Source: Octopus vulgaris (taxonomy: Eukaryota). Taken from it: a stretch of 64,000 nucleotides of DNA. This document shows, piece after piece, positions 49,316-63,379 of the stretch. Under the pieces are notes generated by a model. The model worked only from the letters and a program-made list of their open reading frames with translations, was not told where the DNA came from and searched no databases. The position numbers and the translations under genes were made by a program. The stretch lies in NCBI GenBank assembly GCA_951406725.2, contig OX597821.1, positions 54,250,001 to 54,314,000 on the forward strand, written 5' to 3'. How positions within the stretch are numbered: position 1 is the first letter of the stretch; the number at the start of each line of letters is the position of its first letter.

Positions 49316-50137
49316 TAATGATTGAATTCCTTTAGTGTTTAGCTGGGAATGAAATTCCATCGCATTTCAAAAACGTTGATTGAAAGTTACTGACATATTT
49401 CAGAAAAATATCCTCATTTCAAGCAAATATCTACTCATCTACTTATTGTAATCTTTAAACATTGTACCTCTAATTGTAATAAAAACTTCATTGATGTAAT
49501 TTATTAGAGTATTTATTAATGTTGTGCCCTTAAACAGTTGCATAACAGGTAAATTAAACTAAAGATTCAACGGACATAAGTATGACACCAGACATAATAA
49601 TAGTACTTCAGCAGAACTTACAGAACACTTTACATCAAACAGCTGTAAATTTGAAGAATACCTGAAAGTACATTCTCAGAAAATATTCTAACTCCTGTGC
49701 AAATTCAGTCCTCACAATACATATGGATAAATAGATTTGTGAGTTACTAGCATCATGCCCTGGAGGAATGAATGAAATGATAAGAGAATTCCATTATATT
49801 TACACAAAACTATTTAACAAAGTAGTTTCTATTCTCCTTTCTTTTTGTCATCTTCAGTCTTTCTTTTTCCTTGTCACCAGTTACAAGCAAAACTTAATGA
49901 TGTTATTTTGAGAATCCTGTTCAAATTTGAGTTCTTATATTTCTGTGTAGATTTTTATTTTTCATATGAAATCCAAGGAAGACAGGCATACCATCAAAAT
50001 ATTGTTCAATTCAATAAACTGTCAGTCTGTATTTATTACATATTGTATCACACTCTTCTTATTGTGCGTTTAAATTTGTAAAAAGTTACATCAATCTTCA
50101 TAGATCATCGTCATTATTATTATTATTATTATTATTA

Positions 50138-50168
<31 letters not shown>

Positions 50169-50179
50169 CATTATTATTA

Positions 50180-50385
50180 AGGCAGCAAGCTGACAGAATT
50201 GTAAGAATGCCGGGTGCAATGCTTAGTAGCCTTTCATCTGTCTTCACATTCTGAGTTCAAATTCTGTCAAAGTCGACTTTGCCTTTCGTTCTTTCAGAGT
50301 TCATAAATTAACTACCGGTTGAGCACTGAAGTCAATACAATTGACTTACCCACTCCCACAAAATTGCTGGCCTTGTACCAAAATG

Positions 50386-50423
<38 letters not shown>

Positions 50424-50820
50424 TGCTAAGGTGGCGAGCTGGCAGTATTGTTAGCATGCTGGATGAAATGCTTAGCGATATTTCACCCTTGCTACATTCT
50501 GAGCTCAAATTCTGCTGGGATAAACTTTACCTTTCATCCTTCTGGGGTCGATAAAATATGTACCAGTTGAACCCTGGAGTCGATGTAATTGACTCATCCC
50601 CTCGCCCAAAATTGCTGCCCTTGTAGCAAAACTTGAAACCATTATTATTACTATTGTTATTAGGTGGTAAGCTGGCAGAATTGTTAGCACATCAAGCAAA
50701 ATGCTTAGCAGCATTTCTTTCAGCTTCATATTCTGAGTTCAAATGCCACTGAGCTCAACTTTGCCTTCCTTCCTTTTGAGGTTTATGATTTGAGAACCAT
50801 TGAAGCACTGGGATCAATGT
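50180..50820 (+). mobile_element. three tandem SINE family B copies separated by (ATT)n
   Basis: Heads at ~50180, ~50429 and ~50662 (GG.GG.(G/A)AGCTG(G/A)CAG), each with a B box and a CCTTTC(A/G)T core. Confidence 0.8.
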
Positions 50821-50848
50821 GTGCCTACTGTAGAAATGTTTATTACTA

Positions 50849-51415
50849 TTTGGTTGTCCGGAAAGTTTGTGCCGATTTATAGTAGCTTACATTTCAACTT
50901 ATTTTAGAACATGGTTGAGTTCATAAAAAAGGATTTGACTACACCTCCATTTAGGGGACAGTTTAGGCTATCTTTTCGTGGAAGAAAGTTTATGTTCCTA
51001 TAACCTGTGTTAATTCTGTAACTCTTTAAAATGGAAGATAAGAAAGTTCATTTTCGGCATTTGATGCTTTGGGAACCAGACCAAAAATTGCTGCAGCTCG
51101 GCTGGGATGTGTTACCCCACCCTCCATATTCACTAGATATTGTTCCTTTGGATTTCAACTTATTTGGGTCTCTGCAGAATAGTCTTAATGGTAAAAATTT
51201 CAATTCCTTGGACGACGTAAAAAGATACCTTGATGAATTCTTTGCCATGAAACCACCTCAATTCTGAGAAGAGGGTATTTTCAAGTTAAAGGAAAGATGG
51301 AGATGCATTGTGCAACAAAATGGTTCATATTTGGTTGACTAAAAATGTAATGGCAAGTATTCATTGACCTTTTTCTTTCCTTTAAAAATCGGCACGAACT
51401 TTCCAGACAACCCAA
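50849..51415 (+). mobile_element. mariner transposon, internally deleted
   Basis: TIRs GGTTGTCCGGAAAGTTTGTGCCGATTT / AAATCGGCACGAACTTTCCAGACAACC. The N-terminus MEDKKVHFRHLMLWE is fused to the C-terminal LGWDVLPHPPYSLDIVPLDFNLF (YSPDLAPxD motif). Confidence 0.92.
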
Positions 51416-53729
51416 TGTTTTCATTTGTCAAATTTGAAAAGAAATCTGGTGATAGGAAATGAGCATCATAAAAGCCTATGGCCAGAAAAGCAACAAAGCT
51501 TGACAATGGAATTACATCTAACATCTTGATATGATCTATTAATTTCATCGTTGCTCCTTTTTGTCATTCATATGCTGTTTAACAAGATGTGATTAGCTTT
51601 AGTCGTCGTCAAACTATAAACTAGTCATTATTTATATAAATTGCATACCATATCCTAATGATTTTATTCTATTGTTCTTTTAAATGTTTAACAGTATACA
51701 TAATTACTCTGTACATTCTTTAATAAAGCAATATATATAAATTAAAATATGAACTATATATGACTATATATTAAGAAATGTTTAAAATGCTGATTTATTT
51801 CCAGTCATTTTCTTTTTCAAAGAATAATATCTTGTTTTAAATCTAAGAAAAATATTTTCCTAAAGTAGATGATAATATTCAGATTAAATTTAATTACAAA
51901 AGCAGGGTTTGGAAAATTATTAAATTTGAAAATTTTAAATTGATCTTAATTTTCTCAATTCCGCAAATATCTTGACTATATCAAATATATTAATTAATAA
52001 TCATTGTTTTAATTATAAGTCTGAAAGTTCTATTCATTACAATTGGTGGATATTTTATTCAAGTATTTAATTATCTTATCATTTATTCTGAGGATCAGAA
52101 GCCCTCAAACCTTTTAAAGCTTCTTGCCATAAAATTCCTAAATGAGTAAAGTGCATAGTATGGAGTGTGTAGTAGTAGTAGTAGTAGTAGTAGTAAGAGG
52201 AGGAGGAGGAGCAGCAGCAATAGCAACAGCAGCAGTTGTTGTAGTTGTAAATATTTAGCCTTAGATCAGCCCTTAATAAAAGCCATTCCAACTGAAACCA
52301 TCCTGTCTTTTACAGAGGTTATAAGACAAAGTAATATGTCATCCCTTGTTTCTTAAGGTTCTGATGTATGATGGTAATTAGTGATGGTAATGAGTGATAA
52401 TAATGAGTGGAGATGGTGGTAATGAGATCCTATTGAGTTGTCTTTTATGCAGCCTTGATTCCCAGAAGTGTAATTTCTCTCACACCTTTGATCAACAATT
52501 TCCCAACCCAAGCAGAAAGCTTCTGCAATGTTAATTTATTTGCTATAAACAGCATTTAAACCTCATATCCCATTTAACTGAAGCAGAATGAGTATGAAAA
52601 GAAGAGATGAAGTGGTCACAACTGGAATATCTTTGACCTAGGTCTGCTTGATCATGGTTGACAAAACAACATCAGTGGCACCCTGCAAACTTGAGTCATA
52701 TTTGATTAGAGAGACAGAAACTAGTCATGTGCAATCAAACACATGAAGATGAAACTTTTGGTGAGTGACTATAAAATCTCCTTTCGTTTAAATGTCATCA
52801 TGTTAGTTAACATTTTAACACCAAATCATTCATAGAGGAATGTAAAATTTTCTAAATGCTCAGCTATTATAAATGCAGCTACTTGTTTGGTCACCAGTTA
52901 ATGGTACATCATGAACGTTTTGGGGAATTTTAATTCTGCCAGCTTAATATCTTTTATTTACTTAAAATCTCCTTATCTGCTATTGACTGGAAAATTATTC
53001 CTTTGACCTTCACAGAATGTCAATTGTGATAAATTGTAGTTCTATCCAAGAAGACATTTGTTTCTCATCTCTTTATCATTTCCTTTAAAATACAATCTCT
53101 ACGAAACCTACTGGTGTTTACAGAAGAAAAAAATAAGCATTAATTTGAAATTATTAAAATATCCAAGATTGAAAAGTGTGTGAAGTAAAGCTGAATGGTT
53201 AAATACGAATTCTTAGCAGCTCCATTTCACACATAGTTTGGCAATTAACACAGCAGTTAAATAATTTGATAAATGCTTGGTGACAAATGCCTGCAGAGAA
53301 TGCTGATATATATAGTTTGATCTTTTGGTGTTACCACTTTCAGAATTTCTTGAAACTATTATCATCGAACTGTCATACATATTACTGACATTCACACTTA
53401 CTCACACAAATACATTCATAGTTTTCAGATGTTTAATTGCATTATATTGGTAGAAAGCCAACACCACATATTCATACAATGTAAAGGGCATCTGCACTGA
53501 AACAATAGAATCCAGTGACATCAGATATGATAATCTGAGATGGTAAAATACTAAGGCTAAAACAAGTTCACGAAAGGAAAAGGTCTAACATGTGGACCAG
53601 AAACATTGGTTAAACAGAGGTGAGCTATTAAGTAGATATTGAGTATCTTCATATATCAAAAATTACACCAAAAAGATTCTTACCTACAAACAATGGTTTT
53701 TTATGTGTAAGAATTGAAACGATTGTATG

Positions 53730-54070
53730 TAGGCTCCAGTCTGTTTTGGCTTGGTACTCTTCCTAATACTAACCACTGCACAGAGTGTACTGGGTGCTTT
53801 TTTTATGTCACCAGCATAAGAGACTTTCATGCATCACTAGCACAGGCTAGGACTATGATTTCACTTAGCTTGACATGTCCTCTCAAGGACAGCAAATCGC
53901 CAAAAGTATCAATCACATGTCATTGCCTCCATGAGACTCAATTTCTAAAAATCATTTTTCATCACCCCGTCCTATATCTTTTGGGGCCTACCTCTTCACA
54001 GGTTCCTTTCACAGAGATCAGAACTACTTTAAGCAGCTACCCCCATTCATTATTCATCACATGACCAGAT
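53730..54070 (-). mobile_element. degenerate RTE-type 3' region
   Basis: AGGCTCCAGTCTG...CTTCCTAATACTAACCAC...GGGTGCTTTTT followed by sequence similar to 6960-7160. Confidence 0.55.
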
Positions 54071-54138
<68 letters not shown>

Positions 54139-54143
<5 letters not shown>

Positions 54144-54387
54144 TATATTAAATTAGAGATAAAACCACTATTAGGCAAATCGTACAATGAAAAACTTAAG
54201 CCAATACATAAGATTATTTAATTTATATTATTTAAATATATAACAAAATTATTAAAAAAATATAATTAATTTTAATAATTTTGTTATATATTTAAATAAT
54301 ATAAATTAAATAATCTATGTATTGGCTTAAGTTTTTCATTGTATGATTTGCCTAATAGTGGTTTTATCTCTAATTTAATATAATATA
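54139..54387. repeat. ~120-bp-arm AT-rich hairpin (12-bp spacer) with unique tail, nested in microsatellites
   Basis: TTAAATTAGAGATAAAACCACTATTAGGCAAATC...ACAAAATTATTAAAA is mirrored with about 2 differences. The layout matches 654-850. Confidence 0.9.
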
Positions 54388-54468
54388 ATATTTTACTATA
54401 AAATTGGATTCAATCCTAAATCTGATTTTTCCCTGTAAGTTTGGATCTATTCCCTAATATTTATTATT

Positions 54469-54507
<39 letters not shown>

Positions 54508-54639
54508 TATATATATCAAGACTTAAACAAAATATTGTTTACTACAGAGCAAAAATAAAGAAATTTCATTTTAGAATCAGGTATGTATAGGAGAGAGAAA
54601 AACATTTAGTTTTTGTAATAACTTATACATATATATATA

Positions 54640-54749
54640 GGTGCAGGCGTGGCTCTATAGGCATAAGCATGGCACCTTGGACAACATCAGTTTTCAAGTG
54701 ATGGTGGGGGACTGAACATAGACACAAAGACACACACACCTAAATATAT

Positions 54750-54821
<72 letters not shown>

Positions 54822-54900
54822 TCTTTTACTATAGCCTCAGGCCAACCAAAGCCTTGTGAGTGGACTTAGTAGACAGAAACTGAAAGAAACCCTTAGTATG
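54640..54900 (+). mobile_element. SINE family A 5' half, interrupted by an inverted piece of its own 3' half
   Basis: GGCACCTTGGA | CAACATCAG...(TA)n | GTGTCTTTTACTATAGCC. Other copies read CACCTTG(G/A)GCAAGTGTC contiguously. Confidence 0.7.
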
Positions 54901-54911
54901 TATGTAAGTAT

Positions 54912-55007
<96 letters not shown>

Positions 55008-55012
55008 TATAT

Positions 55013-55491
55013 ATGTTATCTTTCGTTTTCAAGACAGCAGGTGTGAATTCAAGTGCTGATATGCAGTCATTGAGTCTCTCATATGTAAGTTGTTAAATGG
55101 GGAGCATTATGGTGTAATTTTATAAAAATTGTGAATGCTTAAAAGCTTTGAGGTTTATCAGTAATACCGATACAAAAACGATAGGTTGTTTACTATAGAG
55201 GTAGTAAGGCAGTTGCTGCAAACATAGGAAGTCCATAATGTATATTTTTATTCTCTTCTTCTTTTACTTGTTTCAGTCATTTGACTGCAGCCATGCTGGA
55301 GCACCACCTTAAAAGGATTTTTAGTTGAAGAAATTGACCCCAGGACTTTATTCTTTGTAAGCCTAGTACTTATTCTATCAGTCTCTTTTGCTGAACTGCT
55401 AAGTTATGGGGATGTAAACACAACAACATCAGTTGTCAAGTGATGGTGGGGGACCGAACATAGACACAAAGACACACACACATAAATATAT

Positions 55492-55590
<99 letters not shown>

Positions 55591-55592
55591 AT

Positions 55593-55679
<87 letters not shown>

Positions 55680-56158
55680 ATATATTTATGTGTGTGTGTC
55701 TTTGTGTCTATGTTCGGTCCCCCACCATCACTTGACAACTGATGTTGTTGTGTTTACATCCCCATAACTTAGCAGTTCAGCAAAAGAGACTGATAGAATA
55801 AGTACTAGGCTTACAAAGAATAAAGTCCTGGGGTCAATTTCTTCAACTAAAAATCCTTTTAAGGTGGTGCTCCAGCATGGCTGCAGTCAAATGACTGAAA
55901 CAAGTAAAAGAAGAAGAGAATAAAAATATACATTATGGACTTCCTATGTTTGCAGCAACTGCCTTACTACCTCTATAGTAAACAACCTATCGTTTTTGTA
56001 TCGGTATTACTGATAAACCTCAAAGCTTTTAAGCATTCACAATTTTTATAAAATTACACCATAATGCTCCCCATTTAACAACTTACATATGAGAGACTCA
56101 ATGACTGCATATCAGCACTTGAATTCACACCTGCTGTCTTGAAAAAGAAAGATAACAT
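55013..56158. repeat. ~500-bp-arm near-perfect inverted duplication with (TA)n spacer
   Basis: 55013-~55510 is the reverse complement of ~55660-56158 (SINE 3' half plus ~240 bp of unique flank). Only one mismatch was noticed, near the outer end. Confidence 0.93.
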
Positions 56159-56389
56159 TAGCCTATACAGTTCTATCAAGTTTGACTGAATTTTAAAATA
56201 ACACTTCTGGGAAAGGAAAACAATGTGAAAGTAGGGAGCAAAAATATAGAATTTGAAATTTTTGGAAAGAAAAATAATTTGCTACAATTTTCCTTTCCCT
56301 TGTGATCTAGGTCTTCAAGGGACATCGTCATCAACCCCTGAACATTATTGCTTTGAGACCCAGAACTCATAGGACATGTTATTCAGTTT

Positions 56390-56600
56390 CCATGGCATGA
56401 TAAATGATGAAGATCACAACATCTCCCTGCATTGGGATGCCAGTGTATCTCAGGGTTATTTGTTTGCATTTGTGTAGACTGGAGCAGAGGGAGATGAAGT
56501 GTTTCGCTCAAGAACACAACACATCACCTAGTTTGGTAATGAAAACCATGATCCCACAATTGTGAGAGCACACCCTAAACTCTAAGTCATGTGTCTTCAC
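56390..56600 (-). mobile_element. degenerate tRNA-derived SINE (family C-like)
   Basis: GACTGGAGCAG...GAAGTGTTTCGCTCAAGAACACAAC, similar to 1-175. Confidence 0.55.
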
Positions 56601-57196
56601 TCTTTAAGGGTTATTCATGCCAAAATTCTTTCATACATTTGGAAACAAAAGGAACTTAATGATGACAATTAAAATAATGTTGATTATCAAACTGATAATT
56701 AATCAGGGCTGAACAGGGGCTAAATAACAATGGATAGAGTACTTCCATTTTTGTTTATTTTTATTTTCATTTCAGTCACTCACTGAAATACAGCTTTACC
56801 AACAAAAACAGAGACATGTTTTTGAAGGTGTACATTTTGATAATGTTCATATAAAATTTTCATCATCATTATCATCATTATTATCATCATCATCATCATC
56901 ATCATTACCATCAACTTCACCATCATCATCATTTAATGTCCAATTTTCCATTAAAATTTGTTTTTATTCAAAAAGAAAAGAAATTCGTAACTTTTGAATT
57001 ATTCATTATCTTGCTCATGATAATTGCAAAATATTCCAAGATTATGTTTAGCTCACAACAATTCTGATCAAAAGAATTCTGGATGGTATTGTGAAATGCG
57101 TGTCACTTCTCTTATCTTACATTCATTAACTTGTGCAGTGATCATGAGTATATTATTGAATAATTAAACAGGAAAGGAATTTTCTTACTGAATCTC

Positions 57197-57248
<52 letters not shown>

Positions 57249-57964
57249 TCTCTCTCACACACACACAAACATACATACCACATTGGCAAAGAAAAGCAAG
57301 GACGAAATCTTATGATCTGATGGTCTCAGTACTGGAATTGGCATGGATTTATCTCCTTGCTAGTGATATAACCAAGTGAGTATTTTGCACCAAAAGCCAA
57401 TATAAGTATTTCTTTCATGGTAACTACTGCAGTGTAGTTTGTTTTAACAGAACATCCATGTTCATATGGGGAGATGTATTACATCTTGGTATTTATACCG
57501 TCTTCCTCGCTAATAAATATTTTTTAACAAGCTCACTGGCTAATCATGACATGAGTCAGTGTTCTGGCACTATTTTTCAATATATATATATATATCACTA
57601 GGAGGGAGATGAATCGCTGCTATATCTAGCAGTTGAGCGTTCATCATTGACAAGACTGAGGACAGCTGAAATCACATGATCTGGTAGTTTTGGTATTAAT
57701 ACTGCCTTTGTCAATATATATATAGAAAGAGAGGGAGAGAGAGAGTGAGAGAGAGAGAGAGAGAGAGAGTGAGTGAGAGAGAGAGTGAGTGAGAGAGTGA
57801 CAGAGAGAGAGAGAGAGAGGGAGAGAGATGGACAGATAGATAGACTGACAAACACAGAAGTATGTTGCAGTTTTCTGTCTGACCATCTCTTGTCCAACTC
57901 ATGCCAGCATGGCAGGAGGACGTTAAACTATGATGATGATGATGATTATGACAGACAGACAGAC

Positions 57965-58027
<63 letters not shown>

Positions 58028-58229
58028 GATAGAGAGAGAGTAATATCATTGGGTCAGGTCTCTTGGCAAGCTGACATCTAGTGCATCAGATTTACTGGTC
58101 CAGTTTGTCTGCATGAATCTTTACTAAGTCCAAGAAACCTTCACATACGGGACATGAATGAAGTAACCCTTCTCTCCCTTGTATACTGAAAGAAGGTCCT
58201 TTCACCATTTTAGCAGCTGCCCATGAGCC

Positions 58230-58700
58230 TTAGCTGATGGATGCTACTACTGGTGACCTGATAAGGTGCTCAAGTTTGTTATGGAGGTGATGACAATAGT
58301 CATGAAGCCTACCAAATGCCATCCCAAAAATGGAAGTTATCCCTTTTCTCAAAGCTAAAGAAAAGCCCAATTGACTGAAACATAAGTGACTATGTATACA
58401 TTGCTCAGCTCCAGACTGACACCGGGGAGTGGATCTTGTAGAAATGTTAAAATTCCCTGAGTACATTGTACCAATTTCACCATGCCAAACATAATTATCT
58501 ATGCAAATTCCACCAAACAGGTGATAATGTGGGAGCTGACTCCCTGAGATCACATAGTGAAGGTTCGTGATAGAAGCTTGCCAAATACTAGTAGTTAGTA
58601 GACCAGTGCAGAAACTAAAGCAGGTAGACACACTGTGAGGCAACTGGGGTAAGTTGTTGGAGCTTTGTGAGGCATTCACTCTGTAAGGTTCTGACTAAGC
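58230..58700 (-). mobile_element. degenerate LINE APE-domain remnant
   Basis: Minus-strand YSGNFN (GDFN-like) and FSQL motifs. Weak support. Confidence 0.3.
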
Positions 58701-58929
58701 TTTGAGTTACAGGAGCAGCAAAGAGGAAAGTTGTAAATTCCATCATCAAGGGAAGGCTGCAGAGAAGGTCACTAGGAGGCTTTATGTTGAGGAGGCAGAT
58801 TGGGATTTGAGCTAGAACTTGGTCAACCCTGGTTTGTTCATCTGGGTAAGGTAGCCTGATGATAAAAGTCTGAGCCCTTTAAAATGCAGAAAGATACATA
58901 TATGTATGTTTAAAAATGCAGAACATATG

Positions 58930-59095
58930 TTTCTTTATTACCCACAAGGGGCTAAACACAGAGGGGACAAACAAGGACAGACAAAGGGATTAAATCGATT
59001 ACATCGACCCCAGTGCGTAACTGGTACTTAATTTATCGACCCTGAAAGGATGAAAGGCAAAGTCAACCTCGGCAGAATTTGAACTCAGAACATAA
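58930..59095 (-). mobile_element. SINE family B
   Basis: Close reverse-complement match to 4265-4430. Confidence 0.8.
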
Positions 59096-59609
59096 ATGCA
59101 TACATTCATCCATCAATCCATCCATCCATGCATACGTACATACATACATACAGACAGACTTGCATTTCCAGTTTTAGCATACATATTGCAGAAGTGCAGT
59201 GTGGTTAAAAAGTTTGCATCTCAACCACATGGTTTATGGTTCAGTCTTACTGCATGACATCATGCACAAATATCATCTTTTCTATTATAGTCTGAGGTGA
59301 ATAAAGCTTTGTGAATGGATTTGGTGGAGAGAAACTGAAAGAAGCCCATCACACACACACACACACACACACAAAGCGATGTAACCACACATGTACTTTT
59401 CTCAGACTACACTTTTCCTTATCTCCAGACATTTCCTCTTTCCTCTTTCTGACAAGGAGCCATGCTTGAAATGTCATACACCGTCATTTTTCCATCTTAG
59501 ACTGAGTGTCAACCTAATTCATTCACTGTGTACATCCTTTTAACTTTCATCAATCTATCCATCTATTTATCTCTCTTTCTCACACTCTTGCACTATCTAT
59601 CTGTCTCTC

Positions 59610-59648
<39 letters not shown>

Positions 59649-59775
59649 ATCAAAATGTTTCCCATAAACAAATGTAAATGATATATATATCTTTTCATCT
59701 TTTACTTCTTTCAGTCATTAGACTGTTGCCATGGTGGAACACAACCTTGATATATATATGTGTATGTATATACAT

Positions 59776-59825
<50 letters not shown>

Positions 59826-60018
59826 TAGAGTGTTACCCCTCAGCAAATTTTCAACTCAATGCAAAAATGGATGAAATATTACTAAACAAATTGTCTTGCA
59901 TGCAAATAGCTTTGGCAGTTAACAACCTTACTCCCACCATCATCGTGACCCCCACCACCACCAACAGCAACAACAATAATAGTCTTTTCTTTATCAACCA
60001 CAAGTGAAGCTAATGTGG

Positions 60019-60088
60019 AGTGTGAAAAACACATTTACAAATTATGAAGGCAAGTGTGAAAAACACATTTACAAATTATGAAGGCAAG
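60019..60088. repeat. perfect 34-bp tandem duplication
   Basis: AGTGTGAAAAACACATTTACAAATTATGAAGGCA occurs twice in tandem. Confidence 0.9.
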
Positions 60089-61139
60089 GATGTTAAACAA
60101 AATATGGAAGAATATGTTTGGAATATTAAAAGTAGACACATATATAAACATATACATGCACATAATTATATATGCACATGGATCTAAGCACACATATTTG
60201 CTTGGAAATAAATAAAGATGATAACTACAAAACACACAATAAATATAAGATATAAGGTAAAAAAAAATGAAGCATGAAAGATTAGGTTAATTTAGGATAC
60301 TTGACAACTGTTCACTTTATCCTTTCTGAAATTATCCTTGAGTGCAACCAATTGCACAATTGAGCATTTTCCTTTTGTATTTTTATAAAGAATTTTGGTA
60401 TCTTCACCCATAATTATTCTTTCTTCCTTATTACATGATTAAAGTGTGATACTATAGGCTGGTACTATTAAGAACAGGATATTTGCTCATCTACTGGTGA
60501 AACTAGCCATAAAGATATTTGCTTTGCTATCTCCAATGCTTTAGTTGGCAGTACACTAGAAATTGTGATTTGTTGATCTCTTTGCTAAGGTAGGATTCAC
60601 TTCAGCAGATATACCAACTAGGTTTTCTACCATGTAACGTTAATCGTATGCATTATATTGGTACCTTTTACTTGGGACATTTCCAATATTACCCTGTGGC
60701 CTTCAGGATCATTAAGTCCATTTTGATGTCCCTTGACCACAAGTTACCCTTTGTTAACACTACTTTAACTACTCTCTCCAAACTATGACACATGAGTTTA
60801 TGATGTGCTCAATGTCTCTTGCAGTGACCCATGCATTTCTTTGTCCAGTGTACTGGGCACAAATTTATAACAAAAGTATGTTTGACAATATGAGCCTGTG
60901 TTTTGTGTTTTATCTACATTTTCTATTACTCTTACCCTTTTCATTTGAGATAATTTCTCCTGGATTGTTCTGGAATGCTTGTTGTACAACTTAACATAAG
61001 AAGATATTTCATCTAGTTACAAAAGTATGTTAACAGAGATTTATAATTTTTCTCTTTCTCATCTGTATTATCCACTATGGTAAAAAAAAAAAATACAGTT
61101 GCGTTTTACAAAATTATCTCGCCTACATTTTTTTCTTTT

Positions 61140-61382
61140 TTTGTGGCCAGTGTCAGAGATACATAAAAGGCAACCATGCTGGTGACATGTAAAAGGCACC
61201 TGTGTCAGTGACACATAAATGGCACTCAGTACATTCTGTGAGGTTGCTGGCATTAAGAAGGGCTCCTAACAATAGAAACCAAGCCAAATCAGATTGGAGC
61301 CTGGTGCAGCTCTCCAAATTACTAACTCAAGTCACACCATCTTACTCATGCTAGCATGGAAAACGAATGCTAAATGATGATA

Positions 61383-61417
<35 letters not shown>

Positions 61418-61460
61418 AATGATGATGATAATGATGATGATGATGATGATGATGATGATT
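61140..61460 (+). mobile_element. RTE-type 3' tail repeat with expanded (GAT)n tail
   Basis: GGCATTAAGAAGGGCTCC...CATGCTAGCATGGAAAAC...(GAT)n. Confidence 0.7.
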
Positions 61461-63379
61461 GGCCCCAAAGTCTTTCTGAGAATTTAGAGGTAGGTGAAGG
61501 CTTAGTTGCTTTATGAATGACCTGCAGTATTTGGAATTATATTGGTGTTGCTACTGTAGTTGTTGATGTTGTTGTCACAGTCTTCTAAATTACTTATTTG
61601 AGTATTTGGAATATTTTCGTCTATTAATTAATCACTATATTCATTTTCTTCTTCCTCTTGCAGATATAAATTATGCTCTGATTTTGTGTTGTTTCCTTTT
61701 TAGGCACAATTATTTGCAGGAGCCATTTTTGGATCATAAAATGTAATGTGTGAAAATAAAAAATTTAAAAGTTTGTGAAACAAACCTCTTTATAGTATGT
61801 ATAGACTGCAAATTTCCCTTAAGCTATCATAGCACTTTTTAAAAGTACATCCAAAAATGTTCATTTAGTAATGTTTGAAATAAAACGTGCTTTGAATGGC
61901 GAATCAAAAAAGATGCCTTCACACTATGAGAGTCAAATACTATTGTAAATAATGATAATGATGGTGTTAATAATAATAATGATAATAATAATAATGGTTT
62001 GATACAAAAAAAAATGAAATATACTGAAATAAAAATGGCTATAACAAAATATGTACATTTAAAATAGTCTGTATGATGGTGATATATATATATATAATAT
62101 ATAATATATATATATACATACATACATACAAATAATAAATATATATATCTAAATATATATATAATTGTGTGTGTGTGTGTGCAAATATGTTAAATATATC
62201 TGAACATTGATATGTTTTGTAAATAATATAAAAATAAATGATATCAAACATATTTATAACTCGTTTCAGATATTATTTATCACCTCATAGCTGGCATTAA
62301 ACACAAATTGATACATTAGCTGGACAAAAGGTTAACATAATATTTCACACATTGTCATCAACACTTTAAATGAAATATCATTTAACTTTAATCATTTGCA
62401 ATAAATATATTTATACATATGCATGTATGCAAATGTATACATACATACACACAGACATGCACATGCACACACACACAAATATACATGAAAAATGTTGTGC
62501 ATACAAAAGAAGCTGTCAGGCTCAAAGATCGTAGCTTTTTTTCTTAGCAGAAACATCTCTAGTTTTGGTTAAGTAAGAAGTCGGCAATCTTATGGTTATG
62601 GGTTCAGTTCTGCTGCATGTACTCTTTACAGTTAGAACTATCTTCACAAACTAGTATAGTCGTTTGAGTAAAAATAAGTAGCGTGCACATCTGTATGTAG
62701 TAAACTTAAACTCAAAGGCAGTTCAATAGTCCTTTCTGGCAAGTGAGCATCCTAATCAAAGGTTATTCTGAATCTTCTAATATAATAATGAGCATAGTGT
62801 TTTTATATATCTGTATATATATATATATATATATTTATCTAGAATCACACTGGATGCAGAATGGGAGAGACAATAGTAATTCAGTGAAGGAAAAGTAGTG
62901 AGAGTAATATCCCTGACTGAGAGGGAGTGAGAGAAAGTAATAGCAATGAGAGAAAGAAAGGTGTGATAGATGAATAAGGAAGGAAGGGATGAAAAAAGTC
63001 AGCATTTCAACTCTGTGTGAGTACAAGTGTGTATGCAAGTATGTGTACAAGGGAAGTTTGTCAATGTTTGTATGTGTGATTATTTTGTACCTTATTTTAT
63101 ACTTTATTTATATATAAAATACTACAATTAGCCATCATTATTGATGGCACATGGTCAGTTAGTTGTAAATACCAAAGCTAGGATGTCAACTTGAGAGTAA
63201 CACTACAAAGGTTCATAGCTTATTATCTATCTCTGTATTCAAACACTTGATGTCATTAGATACAAGGATAAAAAGTGGAAATAACAAGGGACTGGGGGAT
63301 ATGGAAATTTGCTGTACTTGATAAGATGAGTCAAGCTAAGTAAACGCAGTCTTCCACACGTACAGGCTTGTCTTTTAGG

